In this document: positions 56,010-64,000 of the stretch, in pieces
Numbering within the stretch: position 1 is the first letter of the stretch
Layout of the letters: each line of letters opens with the position of its first letter
NCBI GenBank assembly: GCA_903897805.1
Contig: CAIUCV010000005.1
Span: forward strand, 2,384 to 66,383
Direction: 5' to 3'
DNA length: 64,000 bases
Origin: Candidatus Yanofskybacteria bacterium
GTDB lineage: Bacteria > Patescibacteriota > Minisyncoccia > 2-02-FULL-40-12 > IGHO2-01-FULL-4-A
Translations under genes and position numbers: made by a program
Notes under the pieces: generated by a model
Told to the model about the DNA's origin: nothing
The model's database searches: none
What the model saw: only the letters and a program-made list of their open reading frames with translations

Positions 56010-59000
56010 ATGGCGGAAGGTTTTGATTTTCCCAAAATAGAGGAAAAGATACTCAAGTTTTGGAAGGATAGGAAAATTTTTGAAAGAACTTTGGAAAACC
56101 GCGCAAATGCGAAGCGTTTTGTTTTCTTTGACGGCCCGCCTTTTGCCACGGGCCTGCCTCACTATGGTCATATTCTTGGCGGTACAGTAAAGGATCTTGT
56201 TCCTCGTTTTTTCACAATGGCGGGCTTTCGCGTTGACAGACGCTGGGGCTGGGACTGCCACGGCTTGCCGATCGAAAATATTATAGAAAGCAATATTGGA
56301 ATTTCCGGTCGCAAGGAAATAGAAAAATACGGTATAGACAAATTCAACAAGAAGGCCAAAGAACAGGTGTTGAAATACGTTGACGAATGGGAAAAAATAG
56401 TTGACCAGACCGGCCGATTCATTGATTTTAAGAATTCCTACAAGACTATGGATGCCTCGTATATGGAATCTGTCTGGTGGGCATTCGCTGAGATTTATAA
56501 GAAAGATCTTGTTTATAAGGACTCGCGCATTTCACTTTATTGTCCAAGATGCGAAACTCCGCTGTCGAATTTTGAGATTGCCATGGATAATTCCTATAAG
56601 GACGTAGAGGACGAGACCGTTTATGTGAAATTTAAAATAAAAGCCGGGCAGAAATTGGGTGATTTAGAAATTGACGATTCAACGTATATTCTTGCCTGGA
56701 CAACCACGCCCTGGACATTGCCGGGCAATACCTCTTTAGCAGTAGGAGAGAAAATACACTACGTCATCGTTAAAAAGGGCAACGAATACCACATCGCGGC
56801 CAAAGAAATATCGTTCCAGTTGGAACCCGACGCCCAGACGATCAGCGAATTTGAGGGCAAGGCCCTTTTGGGCTTGGAATATGAACCGCTATTTGATATC
56901 AAATACCTCAACGAGGGTAATACCCCTAATTATAAGAGCGCCTTTAAAATTGTAGGAGCCGACTTTGTTTCCACTGAAGAGGGGACCGGGATAGTCCATA
57001 TAGCGCCGGCTTTTGGTGAAGAAGATTTTATATTGGCAAAGAAAGAAAAGTTGCCGTCGTTTCAAACCGTCAATGATTCCGGAATATTTTTTGACTGGGT
57101 TGAGGATTATGGTGGCATATTTGTGTTTGACGCTAATCCTTTAATAATCGAGAATCTCAAATCGCGCGGCCTGCTTTATAAAAAACAAACAATAATCCAC
57201 AGCTACCCGGTTTGTTACCGATGCGAAACAAAACTTTTGTACAAGCAACAACCAGCCTGGTTTGTGGCGGTCAGTAAGATTAAGAAGAAGATGATTTCCG
57301 CCAATAAGAAAATAGACTGGCATCCGGCGCACTTGAAAGACGGTAGATTTGGTAAGGGGTTGGAAACCGCACCCGATTGGAATGTTTCACGAAGCCGGTT
57401 TTTCGGTACACCTTTGCCGATATGGCAGTGCGAAAAATGCCAGGAGCATCAAGTTATTGGTTCTCTTGAGGGTTTGGAACGATACCGCTACCGCGGCAAA
57501 AATACGTATTTTCTGCTCCGTCACGGCACGAGAGCGCAAAGTCACGATGAAAATGGCGAGCAGCTCACTGCTTCCCAGCTTGCCCTTGATAAATACGACT
57601 TGACTCCGGAGGGGGTTAAGCAGATTGAAGAAGTCGCGGAAAGGATCAAAGAAATCGGCGGGCTGGATTTAATTTTCGCCTCCCCGTTTTTGAGGACCAG
57701 ACATACGGCGGAAATTGTGGCTAAGAAATTGGGCCTGGATGTCAAAATAGACGACAGATTAAAAGAAATAGACGAAGGCCTTGCTTGCGAAGGCAAACCC
57801 CGCCCTGCTTGTTTGCCCGTGGACGGAAAGCCTACTTTTGATTACAAATTCGGCGGCGGAGAAAGCTGGAGCGATGTAAGGGCTAGGATGTTTTCAGTCA
57901 TCAAGGAGATAGACGAAAAGTACGAGGGCAAAAGAATCCTGCTGGTAAGCCATGGCGACCCGCTGTGGTTATTATACAGTTTGACGAAAAATCTTTCGGA
58001 AGAAGAAACCATTGTCAGAAGAACCGCCCTTTACATAGATAAAGGCGAGTTAAGACAGACCGATTTTAAAAATTATCCGTATGACGAAAAGGGCGAAGTG
58101 GATTTGCACAGGCCTTATATAGATGGAATATATCTCAGATGCGACAAGTGCAGCGGGAAGATGACGAGATTGAACGACGTTTTTGATTGTTGGTTTGAAT
58201 CTGGTTCTATGCCCTATGGGCAATCCCATTTCCCGTTTGAGAATAAGAAGCAATTTGAAGACAACTTTCCGGCAGATTTCGTTTCCGAATATACCGCCCA
58301 AACGCGCGGTTGGTTTTATACCATGCATGTTATCTCAACTGCCATTTTCGGCAAACCGCCCTTCAGACATGTGGTAACCACCGGTAATATTTTAGCCGAG
58401 AACGGAGAGAAAATGTCCAAATCAAAAAACAACTATCCAGACCCGCAGTTACTTTTGGACAAATATGGAGCCGATAGCCTGCGCTATTATCTTATGACTT
58501 CACCGGTTATGACGGCGGATAACGTCAATTTTTCAGAAAAAGGAGTGGATGAGGTATATAAAAATTTCGTTCTCATATTAATAAACGTCCTGCGTTTTTG
58601 GGAGATCTATGAAAAGAAGTATCTCCCCAAAGGAACAGAAACACTGCGCAACAAATTGGACAAACTGGATATAAAGAAAATTGAAAAGATTGACGAATGG
58701 ATATTATCTCGCCTTGAAACCACGAAAAAATATGTAACCGAGAACTTTGAAAAGTATGAGATTATGAATGCCTGCCGTGCCATTCAGCCATTTATTGACG
58801 ACCTGTCTCTTTGGTATGTCAGGCGAAATCGTGAGCGCATAAAACGTGGTGATAAGTCTGGAGAGGCAGCGTTCTTTACCCTGTCGTATGTTTTGGTTGA
58901 GTTAAGTAAACTGATCGCACCGGTCACACCGTTTATCGCTGACCACGTATATAAGACGATTAACAACCGAAAAGAATCGGTTCATCTGGAAGATTGGCCC

Positions 59001-59540
59001 AAGCCCAAGAAGAAGTTTATAAATCCGGCGCTGGAGAGCCAAATGAGAGAACTGCGTGACTTTGTAACTTTGGGGCTTGCCCAAAGAAAAGTGAGCAATA
59101 TCAAAGTTCGCCAGCCCTTGGCCGGTGTTACTTTGAAAAAGTCGGAAAAGTTTGAACCGGAACTGGAGAAATTAATTTTAGCCGAGCTTAATGTAAAGAG
59201 TGTTGATTATAATCCGGCCCAGGAAGAAGAATTGGCTCTTGATAAAAGAATAACGCTTGAATTGTTGAAAGAAAGCTATGCTAGAGAAGTTATGCGCCAG
59301 ATACAGGACATGCGGAAAGAAGCGAAATACAAACTGGACGAAAAAATCTATGCCGCTTGGGCTTCAGATAACAAAGATGTTGCAGGCGCAATGGACGCTT
59401 TTGGAAAAGAAATCGCCGAAAATACTCTCCTTGTGGAATTCAGCCGTGGCCATCAGCCGAAAGAGGTTTTTGATGTTGAGAAAGAATTTGAACTTGGCCC
59501 ACAAGTGAATATTTGGTTGGGGGTTAGGAATAAAAACTAG
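56010..59540 (+). CDS. ileS: Isoleucine--tRNA ligase (type 2) with inserted histidine-phosphatase domain
   Basis: DGPPFATGLPHYGH, GWDCHGLP, WTTTPWTLP, GTGIVH, KMSKS; internal LLRHG...SP..R...LVSHG domain. Confidence 0.95.
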   Translation: MAEGFDFPKIEEKILKFWKDRKIFERTLENRANAKRFVFFDGPPFATGLPHYGHILGGTVKDLVPRFFTMAGFRVDRRWGWDCHGLPIENIIESNIGISGRKEIEKYGIDKFNKKAKEQVLKYVDEWEKIVDQTGRFIDFKNSYKTMDASYMESVWWAFAEIYKKDLVYKDSRISLYCPRCETPLSNFEIAMDNSYKDVEDETVYVKFKIKAGQKLGDLEIDDSTYILAWTTTPWTLPGNTSLAVGEKIHYVIVKKGNEYHIAAKEISFQLEPDAQTISEFEGKALLGLEYEPLFDIKYLNEGNTPNYKSAFKIVGADFVSTEEGTGIVHIAPAFGEEDFILAKKEKLPSFQTVNDSGIFFDWVEDYGGIFVFDANPLIIENLKSRGLLYKKQTIIHSYPVCYRCETKLLYKQQPAWFVAVSKIKKKMISANKKIDWHPAHLKDGRFGKGLETAPDWNVSRSRFFGTPLPIWQCEKCQEHQVIGSLEGLERYRYRGKNTYFLLRHGTRAQSHDENGEQLTASQLALDKYDLTPEGVKQIEEVAERIKEIGGLDLIFASPFLRTRHTAEIVAKKLGLDVKIDDRLKEIDEGLACEGKPRPACLPVDGKPTFDYKFGGGESWSDVRARMFSVIKEIDEKYEGKRILLVSHGDPLWLLYSLTKNLSEEETIVRRTALYIDKGELRQTDFKNYPYDEKGEVDLHRPYIDGIYLRCDKCSGKMTRLNDVFDCWFESGSMPYGQSHFPFENKKQFEDNFPADFVSEYTAQTRGWFYTMHVISTAIFGKPPFRHVVTTGNILAENGEKMSKSKNNYPDPQLLLDKYGADSLRYYLMTSPVMTADNVNFSEKGVDEVYKNFVLILINVLRFWEIYEKKYLPKGTETLRNKLDKLDIKKIEKIDEWILSRLETTKKYVTENFEKYEIMNACRAIQPFIDDLSLWYVRRNRERIKRGDKSGEAAFFTLSYVLVELSKLIAPVTPFIADHVYKTINNRKESVHLEDWPKPKKKFINPALESQMRELRDFVTLGLAQRKVSNIKVRQPLAGVTLKKSEKFEPELEKLILAELNVKSVDYNPAQEEELALDKRITLELLKESYAREVMRQIQDMRKEAKYKLDEKIYAAWASDNKDVAGAMDAFGKEIAENTLLVEFSRGHQPKEVFDVEKEFELGPQVNIWLGVRNKN

Positions 59541-59556
59541 AGCCATTTCTTCAATA

Positions 59557-60078
59557 ATGCGGACTCAAGCGATAATTCTCAAAAAAATACCGGTTCGCGA
59601 ATATGACGAGCTGGTCGTTTGTTATACGAAAGATTCGGGCAAGCAGGTTTATCAGGCCAAGAGCATACTGCGCCCGTCTTCCAAGCAGGCAGGCCATCTG
59701 GATATTTTGAATCTGGTGGACTTTTCTCTTGTTCAAAAAAACTCCCACCCCATTATTACCAGCTCCTACTGTCTGGATACGTTCCGCGATCTGAAATCAT
59801 CTTTGCCGGCGCTGGCCGCTGCTTATTTTTTACTTGAATGTTTTGACAAGCTTGTTTTTGAGGGCGAGCCCGACCCGAAACTCTGGGATTTTTTGCACTC
59901 TCATTTGTGCGACTACAACCGGCTGGCCCAGAAGGGGAGAGCTAACTGGCCAATAGTTATAAAATTAACAAGAGAAGACCTCCTGAAGGTAATGGGTTAT
60001 GATCCTGCCTTGCCGATCGAGCAGTTAGCCAACGCCCATTTCAAGTCGTTACAATTTGCCAGGAGAGTGGTAAAATAG
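59557..60078 (+). CDS. recO: DNA repair protein RecO (short)
   Basis: TQAIILK...EYDELV..YTKDSGK...AKSI...SK.AGHLD OB-fold N-terminus. Confidence 0.85.
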   Translation: MRTQAIILKKIPVREYDELVVCYTKDSGKQVYQAKSILRPSSKQAGHLDILNLVDFSLVQKNSHPIITSSYCLDTFRDLKSSLPALAAAYFLLECFDKLVFEGEPDPKLWDFLHSHLCDYNRLAQKGRANWPIVIKLTREDLLKVMGYDPALPIEQLANAHFKSLQFARRVVK

Positions 60079-60086
60079 AAGATAGT

Positions 60087-61889
60087 TTGGATTTTAAGAT
60101 AGAACCAATTCAAAATCCCAATTTAGGACCGCGGGTTTCGCCGGCGCCGTTTTTTAGCCGCCGGAGGATAAAATTGCTTGGCCTTGGCATCACCATCCTT
60201 TTAGTCATTATCCTCGTTTTTTTCTTTATGGGGCGCGGTTCGTTCAGCGAGAGCCGCGTTGAACTGAAAATTGAGGGACCCCAAGAAATATCTGCTGGTG
60301 CATCGGTTTCGTATAAAATTACCTATGCTAATAACAACAAGATTTCGCTTTCCGATGTTAAGCTGAGCTTTTTCTATCCCCTGGATGCGATCGTGACGAG
60401 AGACAATAATGTTCTGAACATAACTAACGAGAATTTTGATATTGGCGAGCTCAAGAGCGGAGAATCGGGAGAAAGAACCCTGACCGCATTTGTCGTCGGC
60501 GATAAGGGGAATATAAAGACGGCTAGGTCTACTCTAACTTTCAAGCCAAGCAATCTTAGCTCTGTTTTTAAGAAAGAGGCCTCATTGGCAACCACCATAA
60601 CAACGCTTGCCGTGCCGATTACGCTGGTTGCTCCGCCAACGGTGATTAATGGCCAGAACATCAGTTACCTCATAGATTACCGCAATCAGTCCGGTGAGGA
60701 TTTGCAAGATTTGCGCTTCCAAGTCCGTTATCCCGAAGGATTTAAATCAAGCCAATATTCTCCTCAGCCAACAAGCCGGAGTCAGGGTCAGGATGTTTGG
60801 GTAATTCCCGTCCTAAAACAAGGCGAGGGAGCCAGGATTACCATTCAAGGCGCTCTTAGCGGCAATGAAAGAGAGACTAAGACGGTTTCGGTGATTTTGC
60901 AGAAAAAAATAGCGACGGCGACCGGCGATAATTATGTTGATTTTGAAAAGACCGAGGCCTCTTCGGTTATCGCAACTCCTCTTTTGTCCGTTGGGCTGAT
61001 CGTGAACGATTCGGCCGATTACATCGCCCACGCGGGAGACCTTCTCCGCTACAAGACAAACTTGAAAAACAATAGCGATTCTGATATCACCGGCCTAAGT
61101 TTTTCCGTCCATCTGGACGGCAGTATGTTTGATTTTGCTTCCGTAAGGTCAGATGGGTTTTTTGACAGCAGAGTCGGCACTATTTATTGGAACAGTTCAA
61201 CGGTTTCGGCCTTAAATAATCTGGGGGCTAACCAGTCCGCCACGATTGAGTTTGAAGCGCGCCTGAAAAGCAGTTTTTCAGGCGGTTTGGGCGCCCGTGA
61301 ATCGTTTGTAAAGGCAACTGCTCATCTGGAAACGCCAAATGTCCCGGCGAATCTTGATATGGATAAGCTGACAGCCGACAGCGAATTGGTGACCCGCATT
61401 TCCTCTTCCCCGACGTTTGTCCAGAAAGTCCTTTTGAATGATCCTGTTTTCGGCTCAAGCGGGCCGTTCCCGCCTAAAGTAAATTCCAAAACAACTTTTA
61501 CTATCCGCTGGAATTTGGTTAATCCGTCCAACGATCTGTCGTCTGCAAAAGTTACGGCCACGCTGATGCCGGGGGTGGTCTGGGAAGAAAGGGCAAGAGT
61601 CAGCGGCAGCCAGCCCCAGCCGGTGTATAACGCTGGGCAGGGGACCGTTACTTGGGATTTAGGAACCCTGCCGGCCGGCATAGGCATTTCCTTCCCGCAA
61701 TATGAAGCCGATTTTCAGATCTCAGTTACTCCTTCCGTTAATCAGGTTGGCGAAACAGTCCCTCTTTTAAAGAATGTGAGCTTTGAGGGCACGGATACCT
61801 TTACTAAAGAAAGAATCTTGCGTACGATACCCGATGTTACTACATCCAATATCAGCGATTCCAGCGCGAACGGAAATGTGCAACAGTAA
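60087..61889 (+). CDS. Membrane-anchored protein with tandem Ig-like (DUF11-like) domains
   Basis: One TM helix; repeated beta-rich units (Y.I.Y.N...L, W.L..L); start uncertain. Confidence 0.75.
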   Translation: MDFKIEPIQNPNLGPRVSPAPFFSRRRIKLLGLGITILLVIILVFFFMGRGSFSESRVELKIEGPQEISAGASVSYKITYANNNKISLSDVKLSFFYPLDAIVTRDNNVLNITNENFDIGELKSGESGERTLTAFVVGDKGNIKTARSTLTFKPSNLSSVFKKEASLATTITTLAVPITLVAPPTVINGQNISYLIDYRNQSGEDLQDLRFQVRYPEGFKSSQYSPQPTSRSQGQDVWVIPVLKQGEGARITIQGALSGNERETKTVSVILQKKIATATGDNYVDFEKTEASSVIATPLLSVGLIVNDSADYIAHAGDLLRYKTNLKNNSDSDITGLSFSVHLDGSMFDFASVRSDGFFDSRVGTIYWNSSTVSALNNLGANQSATIEFEARLKSSFSGGLGARESFVKATAHLETPNVPANLDMDKLTADSELVTRISSSPTFVQKVLLNDPVFGSSGPFPPKVNSKTTFTIRWNLVNPSNDLSSAKVTATLMPGVVWEERARVSGSQPQPVYNAGQGTVTWDLGTLPAGIGISFPQYEADFQISVTPSVNQVGETVPLLKNVSFEGTDTFTKERILRTIPDVTTSNISDSSANGNVQQ

Positions 61890-61920
61890 ACAAATAGAAA
61901 ATAGAGAGTAGAAGAAAATT

Positions 61921-63213
61921 ATGAAAGACGGGGATAATTTAATGGAAAAAATTACCTCCCTTTGCAAAAGGCGTGGTTTTATTTTTCCCGGCTCGGAAAT
62001 ATACGGTGGGCTGGCGGGGTTTTACGATTATGGCCCGTTAGGCGTGGAGATGAAGAACAATTTGAAATCATTGTGGTGGAAATGGATGACCAAAGAACAT
62101 GAAAATATAGTCGGGATAGATGGTGCTATTATCACCGCTCCGAAAGTTTGGGAAGCCAGCGGCCACGTGAAAAGTTTTGTCGATCCGCTGGTTGAATGCA
62201 AAAAGTGCCACCACCGTTTCAAAGCGGATGACATCGCGGGCGATAAATGTCCGGATTGCGGCGGTCCACTGACTGAACCACGATTTTTCAATACACTTGT
62301 TTCAACAGAGCTGGGAATTATTGAAGGCGAAAAGACAAAAACTTATCTTCGTGGCGAAGCCTGCCAAACAATTTATTTGAATTACAAAAACGTTCTCGAT
62401 TCAACGCGGGTAAAAATTCCTTTTGGTATCTGCCAGATTGGTAAAGCTTTTCGCAATGAAGTGACGCCAGGAAATTTTCTATTTAGACTGAGGGAATTAG
62501 AACAGTGGGATTTACAATGGTTTTGTCATCCCTCCGAAATGGAGAAATGGTTTAAGTTTTGGAAAGAAGAGAGAATGAATTGGTATAAAAGTCTATTTAC
62601 TCATCCGGAGAATCTGGGATTTTATCAGCATGTCAAATTGGCTCACTACGCCAAAAAGGCTTTTGATATTTATTATGAAGCTTCGCCCATCGGCAAAGAA
62701 ATGGAGGGCATCCATTGGCGGGGGGACTGGGACTTATCTAGACACTCCGAGTTCTCGGGTCAAGATTTGAGCTATACCGATCCGGAAACAAATGAAAAAT
62801 TCATTCCGAATATTGTTGAAGCATCAGGCGGAGTTGATCGCACATTCTTATTCTTAATGCTTGATGCTTATGTTGAGGAAGAAGAGCGGGTGGTTTTAAA
62901 ACTGAATCGGAAAATTGCGCCTTATAAAGTTGCAGTGTTTCCATTGCTTGCCAACAAACCTGAATTAGTTGAAGCGGCCCGCAAAATTTATGATGATTTG
63001 ACCCCGCGTTTTATGGCCGCCTGGGATGACCGCGGAAATATCGGCAAGCGTTATTACTCGCAAGACGAAATCGGTACGCCTTATTGTGTAACTTTTGACT
63101 TTGATTCCCTTGAAGATAAAAAAGTTACCGTCCGCGACCGTGACACAATGAAACAGGATAGAGTAGCGATAGGGGAACTTGCGTCCTATCTGGAGGAGAA
63201 ATTAGGAAAATAA
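61921..63213 (+). CDS. glyQS: Glycine--tRNA ligase (homodimeric type)
   Basis: CKRRGF, YDYGPLG, YLRGE, QIGKAFRNE, IGKRY..QDEIGTP. Confidence 0.96.
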   Translation: MKDGDNLMEKITSLCKRRGFIFPGSEIYGGLAGFYDYGPLGVEMKNNLKSLWWKWMTKEHENIVGIDGAIITAPKVWEASGHVKSFVDPLVECKKCHHRFKADDIAGDKCPDCGGPLTEPRFFNTLVSTELGIIEGEKTKTYLRGEACQTIYLNYKNVLDSTRVKIPFGICQIGKAFRNEVTPGNFLFRLRELEQWDLQWFCHPSEMEKWFKFWKEERMNWYKSLFTHPENLGFYQHVKLAHYAKKAFDIYYEASPIGKEMEGIHWRGDWDLSRHSEFSGQDLSYTDPETNEKFIPNIVEASGGVDRTFLFLMLDAYVEEEERVVLKLNRKIAPYKVAVFPLLANKPELVEAARKIYDDLTPRFMAAWDDRGNIGKRYYSQDEIGTPYCVTFDFDSLEDKKVTVRDRDTMKQDRVAIGELASYLEEKLGK

Positions 63214-63214
63214 A

Positions 63215-64000
63215 ATGAAACACGAAAAACAATTTGATCTGTTTACCTATCCCAACGGTCTGCGTTTGGTTACCGTGCCGATGGAAAATACCAGATCAGT
63301 AATGGTGCTGGTTCTCGTTACCACCGGTTCACGCTACGAGACGCCGAAAAACAACGGCATTTCTCATTTTTTAGAGCACCTTATGTTCAAAGGTACTGCC
63401 AAACGGCCGGGAACTCTTGATATATCCCACGAACTGGATTCAATAGGCGCGGAATACAACGCTTTTACCTCCAAAGAATGTACCGGCTATCACGCTAAGT
63501 GTGCTTCGGATAAAGTTGATATCGCTCTTGATGTGATTTCCGATATTTTTCAAAATTCAAAATTTGACGAAAAGGAGATGGATAAAGAGAAAGGGCCCAT
63601 AAAAGAGGAGATCAATATGTATTTTGATAATCCGAGCAGCTATGTCGCGCTATTATTTGATGAACTACTTTATGGAGACCAACCTCTCGGCTGGAACGTT
63701 GCCGGGAAAAAAGAAATCATCGACGCGATAAAAAGAGACGACATCGTTAAATATTTTTCCACGCACTATTTTGCGAAAAGCACGGTTGTCTGTATAGCGG
63801 GGGATATAGGTACGGAAACAGCAAAAGAAAAAGTTAAGAAATATTTTAACAATATAAGGGAATCGGGGATAATCAAACCGGTTTCGGCAATTGACGACCA
63901 AACGGAGCCGCGACTGAAGATATTCAATAAGAAGACCGATCAAACAAATATAAACCTCGGCTTTAGAGCTTACGGCGTGCTAGACCCGAAGCTTGAAGCT
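63215..64000 (+). CDS. M16 family peptidase, partial (runs off window end)
   Basis: Not in the ORF track. ATG 63215 reads MKHEKQF...PNGLRL...GSRYE...GISHFLEHLMFKGT...YNAFTSKE. Confidence 0.92.
   Translation, partial: MKHEKQFDLFTYPNGLRLVTVPMENTRSVMVLVLVTTGSRYETPKNNGISHFLEHLMFKGTAKRPGTLDISHELDSIGAEYNAFTSKECTGYHAKCASDKVDIALDVISDIFQNSKFDEKEMDKEKGPIKEEINMYFDNPSSYVALLFDELLYGDQPLGWNVAGKKEIIDAIKRDDIVKYFSTHYFAKSTVVCIAGDIGTETAKEKVKKYFNNIRESGIIKPVSAIDDQTEPRLKIFNKKTDQTNINLGFRAYGVLDPKLEA

Noticed and set aside
57500-58060. Intein in ileS
   Set aside because: No C/S...HN splice motifs or LAGLIDADG motif; the insert has histidine-phosphatase motifs.

Overview
Gene-dense chromosomal segment in the standard code (TGA is used as stop). 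Gene content and style point to a Patescibacteria/CPR bacterium of the Parcubacteria group (inference). Core content: a type IV pilus/competence cluster (minor pilins, pilD, pilA, pilC, pilT, pilB, pilO/N/M, no secretin), comF, parAB, recG, holA, mutM, polA, tsaE, comM, pnp, rpsO, a Xer recombinase, smpB and tmRNA, htrA, argS, ileS, recO, glyQS and five tRNAs. Single accessory genes and many palindromic repeats are scattered between them. Strongest signals: (1) Three tRNAs and the tmRNA are each followed by a sequence antisense to their own T-loop; in three of the four this is followed by hairpins and a copy of the RNA 3' end. (2) At least 12 accessory genes share a promoter + BoxA-like motif + Shine-Dalgarno leader, while many core genes look leaderless. 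(3) A divergent actinobacterial-type 20S proteasome beta/alpha pair lies between an M16 peptidase and ClpP, with no pup/pafA/ATPase in the window. (4) Several secreted proteins resemble Acidobacteria families and may be host-derived. (5) There are two candidate non-coding RNAs and REP-like palindromes inserted in frame in proteins. All calls are by eye; no searches were run.
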